A stretch of 63,214 nt of DNA, filler included, from Lenisia limosa (GCA_001655205.1; 14 parts of 14 records of this genome joined end to end with filler, not necessarily neighbours in it), one strand, 5' to 3'; positions 1 through 16,169 are shown, numbered from the whole stretch's first letter. The notes: generated from the letters alone by a model not told the origin. Program-made: numbers and translations.

Positions 1-1
1 A

Positions 2-990
2 CGCTGGTGTACTGCATTTGCAGAAGAACGAATCTCGGCTATTGTTCAGAACTGGGCTGACGTACCTCTTCAAATTGGGCTTGTCTCTCAAGAATCTCTT
101 TCTGTTTTTGTCCAAGACATCCTAACTGCCCGAAAAAGGCCACAACCAGGTCGATCGTGACCATTTCCTCCCTTTTCCAACAAGTTCGCGTCCTAGTACC
201 GAAATCTTTCCATTTACTCCCTCCTGTAGCACCATATGTGACACATTTACCCTGCGGAGCCGTTGTTGTTGTACTACCAACGCAAGATACGCCACATCTC
301 CTCAAGCGGGCTCGGTTTTTTATGATGCGGGACTCCAACTCAGTCTTTGTTCCTCTACATGTCTTTTCGGCTCAACTACATGTAGGTTATTTGGTTACAC
401 TGGTGTTTACTGCTTGTGTTTATTCATTTGAAATTACTTTTCGGCTGTTTACAACCATTAGAATGCAGCACAGCAGTGAAAAACCTGGCCTTTGACCAAT
501 TCGCCTCTTCTAATCTTCACACTTTTGTTCCTAAGGTAATGATGTTGATTTTCATTTAACTCTGCATTTCAGACTTATTCTTCAACTGTTTGTTTTTAAC
601 TTTCGACCATAACAGCAATCAGATTCGCTTTTCTCTTGCCAAAGAATAAGTTGAGTGCGCGCCAGGCTTCCAAACCAGGGCAAATAGCACAGATAAAGTT
701 GAGAATTTTTATTCACATGTTCACTCCTACCTTGGTACTTGCTCCAAGAGTTTCTTTTTGGCCAATTTGCGGCGACTATTAAGAGTATTTTATATCCGTG
801 TAAATGCCTCACCATCGTGGCATTTTGTCACAAGCAAGCGAACCATTTACAATCACCTGTCTCTTGACCTTCGACAATTGGTATCAAGGGTGGAATCTCC
901 GCAACTGAAGAAATCTCGACCCAATCACCGTGTTTCAACCAAAACACAAAGCCCCCNNNNNNNNNNAGCTGGACGACTGCTAGCTTGCTC
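2..990 (+). CDS. Spliced gene fragment, unknown product
   Basis: Open stretches (RWCTAFAEERISAIVQNWADVPLQ...; VRVLVPKSFHLLPP...) and a GT-AG intron at 536-572; no family recognised and exon phases not resolved. Confidence 0.25.
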
Positions 991-1140
991 TGGCTGAACT
1001 CTACATAGTCTCAGGGACGAGGAAACAAATATGAATGGGGATTTGGGGTGAGAAGAGCCGGAGGGCAAATTCATTTGATTTTTCACTCAGACACTAATAT
1101 GAAATGAAAACAGAATAATACAAAAACAAAGCGTCATGAG

Positions 1141-1221
1141 TAGGGCTTCCCCTAAATTTCTCAACAAACCCCAACAAACATCGATAATTTTCACTCTGTT
1201 TCAGACCGTAGGGAAGCCTTA
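1141..1221. mobile_element. hAT-type MITE, family 1 (variant TIR TAGGGCTTCCC)
   Basis: TAGGGCTTCCC...GGGAAGCCTTA flanked by a perfect 8-bp TSD GTCATGAG (1133-1140 and 1222-1229). Confidence 0.85.
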
Positions 1222-1549
1222 GTCATGAGGATATGTATTCTGTGTATCTAGGGGGAGAGAAAGATGAGAATTAAAGCAAGATTGTAAAGAGAATTGTTTA
1301 ATAACTCAATAATTATGCACATATAATAGAAAGAGAGATGAGACCAAATTTTAATGTAAATGATAGACAACAATGTAAGACAATAAGATTTGAAAGTGCC
1401 AACGTACACTTCATAATGAATAAAATTGCGAAAAGTTATAAAACACTANNNNNNNNNNNNNNNNNNNNNNNNNNNNNNNNNNNNNNNNNNNNNNNNNNNN
1501 NNNNNNNNNNNNNNNNNNNNNNNCAGTATTGTTGATGTGTTGTTTTTTA

Positions 1550-1640
1550 TTTTCAACCATTAAGGGTTTATTTTCAATCATTAACCATTGTTTATTTTCC
1601 CCCAATAACCATTGTTTATTATCAAACATTGTTTATTTTT
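1550..1640. repeat. Short tandem repeat (AACCATTGTTTATT core)
   Basis: About 4 diverged units; explains the repetitive ORF MFDNKQWLLGENKQWL. Confidence 0.7.
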
Positions 1641-2679
1641 AACGTTTTGTACTTGTAAAGCTGTTGTTTTGGTTTTTTTTCTGTTTATTCTAGGAGGCGT
1701 ATATATTTTACGAATGGGGAGTAAATATGCTCCAATTAATTACGACACCAGTGGGTTCAATTTCTTCACTGGTGTCAGTTTTTTCTTGTTTCAAAAACAA
1801 ACTTGTTTTGGTGTGAGTTTCAGTACCAAACGTAACATGTAAAGAGGCGTTGAATTCTGAAAGCAAGAAAGTGTAACAACAATTTTAAACACTTTCGCAT
1901 CAATAAATAGAAGGTATTTACCCAAATATTTCTTCTTACGCACCATTATCCACTTCAACTGATGGATACTATTCAACATTAAATAAGCTCTTGAATATTG
2001 CTTCTTATTCTCATAACAACTAAAAGAATCTGTAAAATTGAAGGCTCAGTTAATGTCAGCTTTGGCTCAGTATTCTGGTACCTGAGTTGCCTTTTCCTTG
2101 GATTTTTGTTATCTTGAACCTGAGAATGTTGTCCTCAATTCAACCTCGATAGAAACTCCAGTAACAAAATTTAAGGATTTCATCTTGACTCCCCATACAT
2201 TATTATATAATATCCTTCCTAGGTTTATGTAACTATTTTTATTCCAACATACTCCAAACAAATGTTCGAAAATTCACACTCAGGTTGAGATTCACACTCA
2301 GGTGGGGTGCCTTATACATAATGAGGTATGAGGATAGGTATAGGGTGAGCCAAATATATACATAACACATATCACTACATGGCAGCTCCATGGGGTATGT
2401 GGGGTGGGGTCAAGGATCAAAACTAATATTAGTCGATATGTATATTTGACAAACACCCTTTTTATATAAATATGATATTTTAATTCGATATATAATACAG
2501 CAGCCACATCTTAACGACCCTTAGGATAGAGCAAATTGCAACAACCACCTAGAGTCCCAAATACGTCCAGGCAAATGGTGCTGTTCGCATCTACAATGGT
2601 AAAGTCTTCGTTATTTTCTGTTAATTTACCACTAATTTTTCTTCTTGACAACTATTTTAATACCTTATCACATTGTCTT

Positions 2680-3030
2680 GATCCTGGAAACAGCACCAAA
2701 CACCGTCTAAGAACATTTAAAATTGTCTTAGAGACATTCTATTTTGGATCATTGATGAATCAAAGGCAAACAAGGGGGTATTCAATGTCAAAAACAACCA
2801 AAAGTTGACCACTCAAGATTTTGGCCAAGGTAAAATCTTCAGTTTTAAGGTCACTACAGCCGAGGTACTCGCCTCTGGGAGGTCTAGATTCCCCAAAAAC
2901 AACACCAAACACCGTCTAACAACATGTAAAACTGTCTAAGAGATATTTAATTTTGAGCATTGTTGATACAAAAGCAAACAAGGGGGGGATTAATGTCAAA
3001 AAGAAGAACAAGTTCACAAAAACACCCAGT
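2680..3030. repeat. Diverged ~205-bp tandem duplication
   Basis: CACCAAACACCGTCTAA...GCAAACAAGGGGG...AATGTCAAAAA occurs at ~2695-2810 and ~2900-3010. Confidence 0.75.
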
Positions 3031-3909
3031 GTAACGCTTATTATATTCAGGACGGCTACACACTGATTTGGCCCTTTCAATTACCTCGATTTCTGGTGAG
3101 CGTTTCACTGGGGGGAGGGCTCTTGGTATCTGTTTTTTTATGTTTGGCCCCCTCCTCCCAAGATATATCCCTCCTATTCAGAAGTAATGTCCACCCATTT
3201 CCAGATCTTGAATCAGGGATATTCTCTTGGCAATTGAATGTCTTGGACCGCACAAGTGGCAAAGTGCTGAGTTTAAGGTGGTGGTGGTGGGGGGTAATGT
3301 GTGTAATATAGGGGACAAAACATGAATCACGGGACAAAACTGTGAATCACTTGTTTTTGAAATTTTTAAATTCTTTTCTTGCGCCTTAAACATTGTAAAA
3401 ACGGCTCATCTGATACAAGCCGGGAGCTTTGGTCCATTTCAAGGGGAATTTCCAAGGTAAAACCCTTTCTTTCTCATTAGCTTTAAATTGTTTGTTGAGA
3501 TAGACTGTTTGTCACGTCTGGGTTTTCACTTTTTGAAGTAGGTTTCTTGACGTTTCCTCTATGCGCTTCCCACGGCTCTACCTTCCCTATGAACAACCAT
3601 ATCTTGTGGTAGCGTCGGCTATGTAATGGTGAATTTTGAGAGAAAAATGTTCGCTTTCTACATGGTCAAACTTTCTCGGATAGTTGCCATTTATTCCTTG
3701 AATGTGGCCGAATATAACGGTTTTGGTTATTTGTAGCAGTTTAAGGGCCGCAAACGTGTAACTAAGTGACTTAATTTGAGTTTGAACCAAGAATATGTAA
3801 AAATCGAAGGAGAGACCTCCTCCTCCCCCCCTTTTTTTTTAACTTAAACTGGTATTGTCTTGTATATTTTCCGTCAACCTCTGCTGATTACCCATATTAC
3901 TCAATAAAA

Positions 3910-4880
3910 TTATCTGAAATAGGGAGATTTACTTGTGATGCGTGAGAGGGTGTTGTTAATGATGCAGGGTTGTTGCTGATGATGAAGGGATGTTGCTAAT
4001 AATGAAGGTGCCACCTTTGTTTCGTCCAGTATCCCAGAAATTTTCCAAAAAGAAGTCACCCTTAGAAACCTTTCGCCCTCTAAAAATAAAATACTAGGTT
4101 CCGATTGTATTACATGCTTTATAACAGGGCAAGCAATAATAAAACTGGCATTCATTGATAGGCTTTATCAATAACCGAGGTCTCAGGATTAATTTTGTGT
4201 TGCAAAATAGCATCACGAATGTCTTGCACAACAGCTCTTGATTTAACATAAGGACCAATTAAAGTTGCTTTCATTGAACTTCCAATTCTTCCATCCTTTC
4301 CAGCACCTTCAATAGGAGGAGCAGGTGCTCTTGCTTTTCTCGCTTCCTAAAACAGATAATCATGATATTTTTGTAGTTGTAGGTACTAATGATCATATGT
4401 ATATACATACTAATATGATATCATACCCTCAGGAAAAAAAAAAAAGACNNNNNNNNNNNNNNNNNNNNNNNNNNNNNNNNNNNNNNNNNNNNCGTTTTGG
4501 GGTCTTTTTTCTCTCTCTCCAATAATCATTGTGTTTTCTCTCACAGTTATGAACTATAGGCAACCAATAATTGGAAATACGTAACAATTCAAGTTCAGAA
4601 ATGACAGAGTGACACCACACAGCAAATTACAAATAAATCATTTTGGACACATATACCAATACCATCCATCCCCAAGAAGCTCCTTAAGAAGGCAGAAAGC
4701 ACACAGATCGTTCAGCCATTGGAGAGGTCTTACGGGAAGCTCCTGAAAAGGCTAATTGCTTCATCAAATCTTATCTAAGCCATTAGATACGACCATAAAG
4801 AAGGAAGAGAGGAGCAGAAGCAAGCATAAATATGTAGTACAGCAAAATCTCAAGAAGTTTTCTTTTCTTCAACTTGCGTT
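3910..4880 (-). CDS. Spliced gene fragment, unknown product
   Basis: Protein-like stretches (LNQELLQDIRDAILQHKINPETSVIDK; GRKVSKGDFFLENFWDTGRNKGG) separated by AT-rich intron-like sequence. Confidence 0.3.
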
Positions 4881-5159
4881 AAAACGATCATATTTCATCT
4901 TCTCGCGGGAAAAATGTGACATACATGTATATCATATATAATACATATAGCTACATATCATATATCATATTATATGATATACTATATCATGTTCATATTT
5001 GGGCTCAAAACGTCATATTTTCCACCCGCCTTCTTACTCCCACTATCCCCTTTGTCCCGTAGGAGGATCTTTTAGGCTTCTAATAGTTCGATCAGAGCGA
5101 CAAAACATGATTTTCCGTGAAAAATAAATTTTCCCGAGGTTCCCAAGGAGATATGGTAT

Positions 5160-6245
5160 TCCAGGATTTCCGAGGGACGAACGAGGCATAGTCGAGTGAG
5201 AACCGAGGAACGTCCTTGAAACAACCACGAAAATCCCGAATGCCATATCTCCGAGGGTCTGCCTCGAGGGGATATGAGCTATCATATACCCGATGAAATA
5301 TGAGAAATGTCATATTTTGAGTGATCTCCAAAAGGTCAAAATTCGTCATATAAAAAAACATTCCTTACTACAAAATTCAGTGAAGCAGAGCCAAGAAGAT
5401 GTCCAATATGATGTTTCAGTTGACAGAGTAAAGGCGACCTTAAAAAAGTGAAGCATTGTGCTCAATTAATGCGTAATTATGTTATAGTGTTTCTTTTCTG
5501 TTCTTTCTAAAAGGTAAAGTCAGGTTTTCTACTTGAAAAGAATTCTACATAATGTAACTAATGTAAAGTGATGCAGTATCTTGTTTTAAAAGAAGGTTTG
5601 TAAGTGTTTTTACCATGCTGATTGACTTTAATACGTTTTTTACTCGTCAAAACGAAGTCTCTTACCTTTTTAGAGTGGAAATCGTTTTAGAAGACAGCTC
5701 AAGATGTTCTATTGATCTTCTTTTTGGTTGGTTGAAATCCCCTGCTCTCAGCCTTAACATTCAGAGAGTTTCTTTTGAGGATGATCGACTGGCTTCTCAA
5801 TGGTATTCTAAAAGTTGCTGGGTTCCTCTTTTACTCTTCTCTTCTTGTTCTCTGCAGTGTTTAGCACTATAAACAAAATATAAGCAATTAATCATGATTT
5901 CAGGAGTTCAGCTCAGCCAAAAGGCTGCCATTTTCTTCTCTCTGTCTGAACGCAAAATATGACTATTGTCTCAAAAAGTGGAAACAATGAACAAAATATG
6001 TCAAAAATTCTATTCCCACGGGTAAATAAATATGATAAATGTCATATTTTATGTTCCTGAGGGTCAAAAAATATCATAAATGGACCCAAAACGAAAAATA
6101 TGACTTTCACATTTTCCCTAGGGTATATGATTGCTCATATTCCCTCGGCGCAGGTTCCTCGAAAATGGCATGGGCATTTTCTTGGTTGTTTTGCGGAGAT
6201 TCCTTGGTTCTTACTCGGCTCTGCCACGTTTGTCCCTCGGAATCT
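5160..6245. repeat. Inverted pair of a diverged ~190-bp repeat (5160-5345 and 6040-6245)
   Basis: Reverse complement of copy 1 aligns by eye with copy 2 (GGGTATATGATwGCTCATAT...CCTCG...GTCCCTCGGAA). Confidence 0.75.
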
Positions 6246-7020
6246 ACTTAAACCATCCTCGATCAGGCTGCTTAGGGAATGTGGCTCTATTTTGAGCATG
6301 ATCTTATCCATTTCTGCAATTCTGCTTTCTTTTGTCTCTTTTTAGAGCTACCCTTGACCAAGTTAATAAACACGTTGCTCTCTATATGTTTTATATATTA
6401 CTCTATTCAGAGTGGACTGATCTCTAAATTGAGGAAATTGAAGAAACTGATTCTCATATTCTAATTGTCTTTATTTGATTCTTCAAGGAATATTCGATGG
6501 AAGATACTGCTGCTCAGCTTATTTCAACTTGTTTCTCTTCCAAAGAATGCACTGTAAGCTCTTTAAACATGTGTTTATTTATAAACAAACATTGGGTTTC
6601 TTGGGTTTGAAGATAAACAACAATCAAAAATGTGAGAAAATAGTGAGTGAAAAAAGAAAAAAGGGGGGAACACTTCCAAATCTATCATAATGTTTATGTG
6701 ATATAACTTTGTTTATGAGAACATCTCGTGTTCATTGTTTACTCTTTAGAAGACTGAATCGATGGAATGTGGCATGAAAACGGCAATACCACTGAGCTGT
6801 TGAAGCAAGTTCTGGTGCTATTCTGCATTGAAGAGGGTAATTAATCTTCTTAAACTGTTAATGTTGTTTATTTGTAAAGAGTTGGGAAGTGTGTAGCAAA
6901 CGTACATGTACATATTTACTTACATAGTGTGCTTTATGATATTGTTCTCACTTGGTACTATTTCGTCTTTTGTATAAGTCAGAAGGCATCAGAAACGTAA
7001 AAGCTCCTGAGAACTAGTTA
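5390..7020 (+). CDS. Spliced gene fragment, unknown product
   Basis: Exon-like stretches (VEIVLEDSSRCSIDLLFGWLKSPALSLNIQRVSFEDDRLASQ) bounded by GT/AG; model incomplete. Confidence 0.3.
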
Positions 7021-7199
7021 ATATAGACAGTATATTAGATATCATATCATATATCATATTTATATGAAAAAAGTATTTATTCATGAATCCAGAAATAAGG
7101 GGTTGTACTTGTTGACACATTACACTTTTCGAAAACTTCAAAAACCAGCCAAATGACCCCATCAATCGACCACTTTAATTTTTAAAACGATAACTTCTT

Positions 7200-8070
7200 G
7201 AGGAATACAAGATTTTATCCATGAGTATTGAGGGTTCGGATGAGACGAGCGGGGTTGCAGGCGAAATGGCTCGGTTGAGAACACAATCGACCGTAACGCG
7301 TGAGTTGCCCGTTCAAGACACCTTTTAAAATATGTTTCGGAATAGTCGAATGAATATGTGGGTATTGATTGACTTTCAAACAAAAATCCCTGCGATTATC
7401 GTATATTGTAGAATTGGATTCCTATGAAGCTAATATGTATTCTAAGATAACCCACTTCAGTTTTGGAAGCGGATGTTTGTGAGAATTGCAGATAGGGTGG
7501 GTAAAAAGGGTCAATATCATCAGATGTTCAGATAATATGTTTAGAAGCTATGATGAGGGTCAATCAGGATAATATCATCAATAAACCAATGGCGTTGTTG
7601 AAGGTTGATATCACTGTGTCATCCTGGTGACTCGAGACAAGTCCCTTTCGTGACGATACAGCCCAAGGTTAGCTAGCAGAGGAGGAGCACTGGTACCCAT
7701 GGGTAGGCCAACTGTTTGATGAAAAATGAGATCACCATTATTAACATATGTATTAGAAACAACCCAGTGGAGAAGATCATAGATACCAGATTTAGACAAG
7801 ACACTATTGGTTTCATGTTGGCGTTAAACGAATCCAGATTTGAGACATAATCTCAGATGGTCAATAGATATCATATGCATATAATATGACAGTGTGATAT
7901 GTTATCCCGTTCAGAAATATGAGTTAAGGCTTCGTCAACTATGCTTTTCACATCATTTATGAGGTCAGACTGTATGAACTTGGTTTCAAGCTGAGAAATC
8001 ATGTATACAGCGAATAGACAGCCCCAATATGATTAATTTTTGTGCAGCCTGCTCAGCAGAATGGGTTATA
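7200..8070 (-). mobile_element. Decayed Penelope-like (PLE-type) reverse transcriptase
   Basis: HDFS; FHQTVGLPMGTSAPPLLANLGL; FIDD catalytic motif at 7574-7585; YPPYLQFSQTSASKTEVGYLRIHIS; motifs spread over shifted frames with stops. Confidence 0.8.
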
Positions 8071-8102
8071 ATATGACGGTGCTGGCCAAAAGCAATATAT
8101 AT

Positions 8103-8202
8103 NNNNNNNNNNNNNNNNNNNNNNNNNNNNNNNNNNNNNNNNNNNNTTAATTAATTAANNNNNNNNNNNNNNNNNNNNNNNNNNNNNNNNNNNNNNNNNN
8201 NN
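8103..8202. other. Artificial contig spacer N44-TTAATTAATTAA-N44 (13 copies)
   Basis: The 12-mer core sits at about 8147, 11469, 13582, 18374, 20977, 34952, 36719, 38257, 45170, 47095, 56377, 58982 and 61929; it gives stops in all six frames. Confidence 0.97.
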
Positions 8203-8388
8203 GAAATGTTAAAATGTATGGGGGAGGGGGGACAAAAAAACAGAATCAAGGCTGAACATGTGAGTAACACAAGAAGGTTGAAAAAAAATGAATATAAATA
8301 GGAGGAGGGTTTTTCGAAATAGCCATAGTGATGTTGATCCTATTCGTCTTATACAGCACATTTTCTAATGCTTAGTCCCCCCACCAAC

Positions 8389-11300
<2,912 letters not shown>

Positions 11301-11577
11301 CATGGTAACCACTGGGGACAAAAGTAGACGTATGACTTGAACATATTATATGCAGTATGTGTACAAAGTATATGCGTCCGTTCAAAATTCCGGTTTTTTT
11401 GCCAATTCCGGTTTTTAGACAATCNNNNNNNNNNNNNNNNNNNNNNNNNNNNNNNNNNNNNNNNNNNNTTAATTAATTAANNNNNNNNNNNNNNNNNNNN
11501 NNNNNNNNNNNNNNNNNNNNNNNNGAGCCCGAGGAATAGTGGGGGATGGGCGTAATATACTATGATGATTTGATATA

Positions 11578-11659
11578 CAGTGACCTGGATAAGTCTTAAC
11601 CGATTTGCTATGGATATTCCCCTCGGGTGAAATTCGGTCAATACTTATCCTGGTCACTG
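11578..11659. mobile_element. Tc1/mariner-type MITE
   Basis: TA|CAGTGACC...GGTCACTG|TA with a 26-bp TIR (3 mismatches); related copies at 19605-19657 and 51286-51365. Confidence 0.85.
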
Positions 11660-12124
11660 TATTTCTTCAGAGAGATGGGGGGAGTGAGTTAAATGCTTGA
11701 ATTTGAGTAGTATGAATTGGATCACCTACCTTGAAAACGCATATTATTCAAAATGGTATTTTACCCAATTTTAGACTGGAATTTGCTTAGACTTTACATT
11801 TCAGTGCTATAGACCACCTTCCTAGCTCTACCCGTGACCTCATCAACGCTTTCTGCGGTAAGGGACTGTTTTTGTATCAAGAGACAAACGAGTGAATATT
11901 GACACTTGAATTTCAAATGTGACAATTTTTGTTATTATGCTGTTTGATAAGTTCCCAGATTTCGNNNNNNNNNNNNNNNNNNNNNNNNNNNNNNNNNNNN
12001 NNNNNNNNNNNNNNNNNNNNNNNNNNNNNNNNNNNNNNNNNNNNNNNNNNNNNNNNNNNNNNNNNNNNNNNNNNNNNNNNNNNNNNNNNNNNNNNNNNNN
12101 NNNNNNNNNNNNNNNNNNNNNNNN

Positions 12125-13462
12125 CTGGAGATTCTGCCGCCTGAGTCCCACAGCACCTACGAATTTATTCTGGGCCGAGTTCGAGCTGAGGTGGGATAAT
12201 GGGCACGGAAGTACCTGATAATATCTACGTAGTATTTACATGTATAAATTCTAGATAAATCCTCGTTAATCCAAAAGGAGAACATAGAAGATTAATCATC
12301 ACCATCATCACCATCATCATCATCATCATCATTGTAGTCGCGCTACACCCCATCTCTCTTAGTGACGATGACACTTGACTCCATCGTGTCTCCCCCTCCC
12401 CCGCCCCCCNNNNNNNNNNNNNNNNNNNNNNNNNNNNNNNNNNNNNNNNNNNNNNNNNNNNNNNNNNNNNNNNNNNNNNNNNNNNNNNNTACCTACGTTC
12501 CCAAAAATGACTGAGTCAAACGGTCTTTTTTAGCCCCAAGAACCCCCCCTTTTTTTTTCTCCCTCTTTTTATTATTCTTCTTTTATACCCTTTTTGAATT
12601 TTTTTAAAGTGTTTTTATTTCCACCTTCATCTTCTTCATGATCACTACCCATACTATGAATATCAACATCACATCATCATATCACTGTAATCAACAATAA
12701 AAAACATCATGATCATCACCATCATCAACAACAACAACAACATCAACATCATCATGATACCCAGGTGGAAAGCCGCGCAAACCGATGCAACTCCACCTTC
12801 GACTCAAAACGGACAAATGCGAGGCTGTCAGCGACCTTCTTGATAACCATGATATAGACATGGTCGAGTGAGGGGTGTGGGTGTATTTTGTAGATGTCTT
12901 TTCGGAGTTGAGTGAATCGACTTGGGACTCCCATGTAGGGCTTCACTTCTGTTCGAATAATACCTGTAAAATGTCGAATCTTTTCGAAGATTAATCGAGA
13001 GATTCAGTCTTTTTCGAACCGTAGTGAAGCCCTACTCCCGTGTAATATTTGGGAATCCCATGAATTTCTTTGAATATCCATAGTATTACATGGGATTACC
13101 AACTTTTCATAATGTATTCGAATTCCCCAGTATTCTAACTCGAAAAGAGGCCATACCTTACGCCCCGGTACTATGCTCTACTCTCGGGTGCTGCGTCCAA
13201 AAGACATCGCCAACCATGTCAAGAAGGAGAAGAACGAGCCCTTCAAGCTGCATTTGAAGGTGCGTGGGGTGAAATAAAACATAATAAAATGAAGGGTAAA
13301 TTGGTGGGGTGTTTTTTTCAAAATCAACCAACAGAATTAAGGGCTTTTTTGTCAAATATTTCCCAATTTTACCTCCCAGGTGGACAGACTCAAGACGCGA
13401 AATTCGGAGGTTCTTGATTGTGATGTCCCCTACAATGTCGGCGTGGAGTGCCCCGAAGCGGT
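12125..13462 (+). CDS. Spliced gene fragment, unknown product
   Basis: Exons LEILPPESHSTYEFILGRVRAE; GKPRKPMQLHLRLKTDKCEAVSDLLDNHDIDMV; HTLRPGTMLYSRVLRPKDIANHVKKEKNEPFKLHLK|VDRLKTRNSEVLDCDVPY. Confidence 0.55.
12295..12755. repeat. Intronic (CAT/CAC/CAA)n microsatellites
   Basis: Runs at ~12295-12335 and ~12660-12755. Confidence 0.8.
12936..13034. mobile_element. hAT-type MITE, family 1
   Basis: TAGGGCTTCAC...GTGAAGCCCTA; TSD CTCCCATG/CTCCCGTG (7 of 8). Confidence 0.9.
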
Positions 13463-13659
13463 AGGAGTATAATGGAGAGTTAATGTTGTGCTTTTTGGTT
13501 TTATAAATCTCACCCACACACTCACTGTATACATAGANNNNNNNNNNNNNNNNNNNNNNNNNNNNNNNNNNNNNNNNNNNNTTAATTAATTAANNNNNNN
13601 NNNNNNNNNNNNNNNNNNNNNNNNNNNNNNNNNNNNNATAATTAACGATCAAATTTGAC

Positions 13660-14520
13660 CTGAATATTGCTTTTGGCCTTGTCTCATCCAAGGTTTCACT
13701 CGGTCTCCAATGTCTTAAAACTGGAGAGGTTCTTCCATACAAGGTTCAATTTTGCGAAAAAGGTGACCCGCAACCAGATCCAATTTTGAAACTCCTTCAA
13801 AGAAAGAAGGGTTTTTGTCCTTTTAGCTCGGTTACAGAATCCTCATATCAGAGAGAGGGACAACTTGAAACAGCCAACACAAGATGTACGATTCCCATTT
13901 ACGTTTAAATTATGTGCTGAATCTTGATAGTGTCAATTTGCTCGTGTAATTTCGATTTTCAATCAGTAAAATTTTGAAACGTCACTTATACATAAGTTAC
14001 TTTTAGTATATCCAAATTTTGCGCATTTACATTTAGATTTCAACGTTTCTTGCAGATACGCCTACTCTGTTACCTTCACCCAATAATAGCCAATAAAATG
14101 TCCAGGTTTTTGGCATTCGAAATCCCCAGGCTTTACTTAATACACAACCCCATTCCCCTTCCCCCTTCCTGCAAATTTCCCTCATCTTCATCCATGGGGC
14201 CGGTGGTGAGTGGTGCCAGGCATGATTTTTTGAGGTTGAAGATGTTGGAGCTGGGCTAGATTTTATTGAAAGGTTGTTAGAGTCTGGCGACATTGCTGAG
14301 TTCCATCAGCAGGCTGTGGAGAACAGCATGAAGGCTCTCACGGCAAAGGTGGGATAGAACTGTGGTTTCTTTTCACATTGGTATGCATTTTCTCCTCCCT
14401 GATTTAACTGTTGTAACACAGCATCACTCAACAATGTTCTCAGGCTGGTCTTTTCCGGAGACGACTCTGTATGATTGGATAATCTGTATTTTGCTTTCAG
14501 GCTGGCCGTCCAATAAAAGT
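13660..14520 (+). CDS. Spliced gene fragment with a 29-nt intron, unknown product
   Basis: ...SSSSMGPV|VEDVGAGLDFIERLLESGDIAEFHQQAVENSMKALTAK stays in frame after removing 14206-14234. Confidence 0.45.
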
Positions 14521-14789
14521 ATAATACATGTATATATATAGCAGGGGGGTGGGTGGGGCCTGGAGTATAGGAGCTTGTACCAGTGGAAAAAGGGGTCTTA
14601 TTTTGCTGATTTACACTCGTGATTTCTTTTAAAAAAAATACTGGTTTCGAGTATAATGTGTATTATTAACTACAACTATGATAATATCGAGTCACTTTCA
14701 GAGTAGTGTAACATGGTCGAAATGAGGCCGAAATAGGAGGTATGAAAGTTTGACAAGTTTTTGAAACCAGTTGTTTCTTCTTCTTAGCA

Positions 14790-15600
14790 CAGATGGTGAA
14801 ACAGTCACTCTTGTGTTGACGTATCTGCTCCCACAAAAGTCCCCCATCTTCTTTCCAATCGCTGCTTGAATGTATTAGTACATAGTTAAGAAATATACCG
14901 TGGTTCTACCAAATTGTCCGATGATCTGAGACCTCAACAACAGCTACAGGCGCAAAGTATGGTAAAAAATGTGCTTGATACACGCCTTAAGGCAAGTAGA
15001 GTCACTGATGACAGCAGTTCTCGGTTTGAGAGATTTGATTGGGAGAACTCTCGGTTTTATCACCCGTCTTGCAATTTACTTCAAAAGCAGGCCATGTTAA
15101 ACAATAACACCTACACTCTCAGCACCGCCATCAGGAAATGGTTCAAAAGAAATGCAGAAGATTGGAGTGAACACGGAATTCCTCTTAAAAAAAACAGAGA
15201 GCCTTACATTATGAGCAGTATTGTAGACAGGGACACCAGGAAGGGCAGATGTGATGAGCCCCTCAAATAAAATCATAAGCAATACTATCCCCCTTCTTCT
15301 TTCCTTTCTTCTATTCAGGCATACCCGCCAATATATGAACAGGATTTCACTTGACTACATATCCCCATTTTGTGAATCAAATATCAGATAGTTTCCGCTT
15401 TTACCAGCCATTTCCCAATAAATTTCTGAATGTTTCCAGAGGCTTCGTCGCCGGGTGGCAAAGCCGAGGAGTTTGTTCAGACTCGCCGGGGGAGGAGTTT
15501 GCTTCGTCGCCAGGGGTGGCGAAAGCGAGGAGTTTGATCAGAGTGAAAAAACCATAAGAAGAAGAAAAGAGCATTGGAACATTGGAAGAGCAACGAGAAG
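14790..15600 (+). CDS. Possible gene, unknown product
   Basis: 118-aa ORF 14914-15270 plus flanking exon-like stretches; no family recognised. Confidence 0.3.
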
Positions 15601-15741
15601 GGTCAAAAAAAAAACAGCCTGATCATATTTAACGCCCAATTATACCTAAATGTATTAGCTACGGCTATTACGAAATTTACCTGTAGTAAACGGTACCTGA
15701 TATACCCAATATAGTATAAAAGGACATATTTAACTTTATAA

Positions 15742-16169
<428 letters not shown>

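Noticed and set aside
590-960. TAA read-through or alternative genetic code
   Set aside because: UbL40 ends in TAA, the Cdc20-like gene in TAG and the VPS13-like gene in TGA at expected positions; conserved exons contain no in-frame stops.
8147-8158. Recurrent palindrome TTAATTAATTAA as a biological motif
   Set aside because: It is always centred in exactly 44+44 N, so it is an artificial all-frame-stop linker. Gene neighbourhoods across these spacers are meaningless.
14790-15270. Fanzor/TnpB-like protein (TDG motif)
   Set aside because: Only a three-residue match; no RuvC motifs or zinc finger recognisable.
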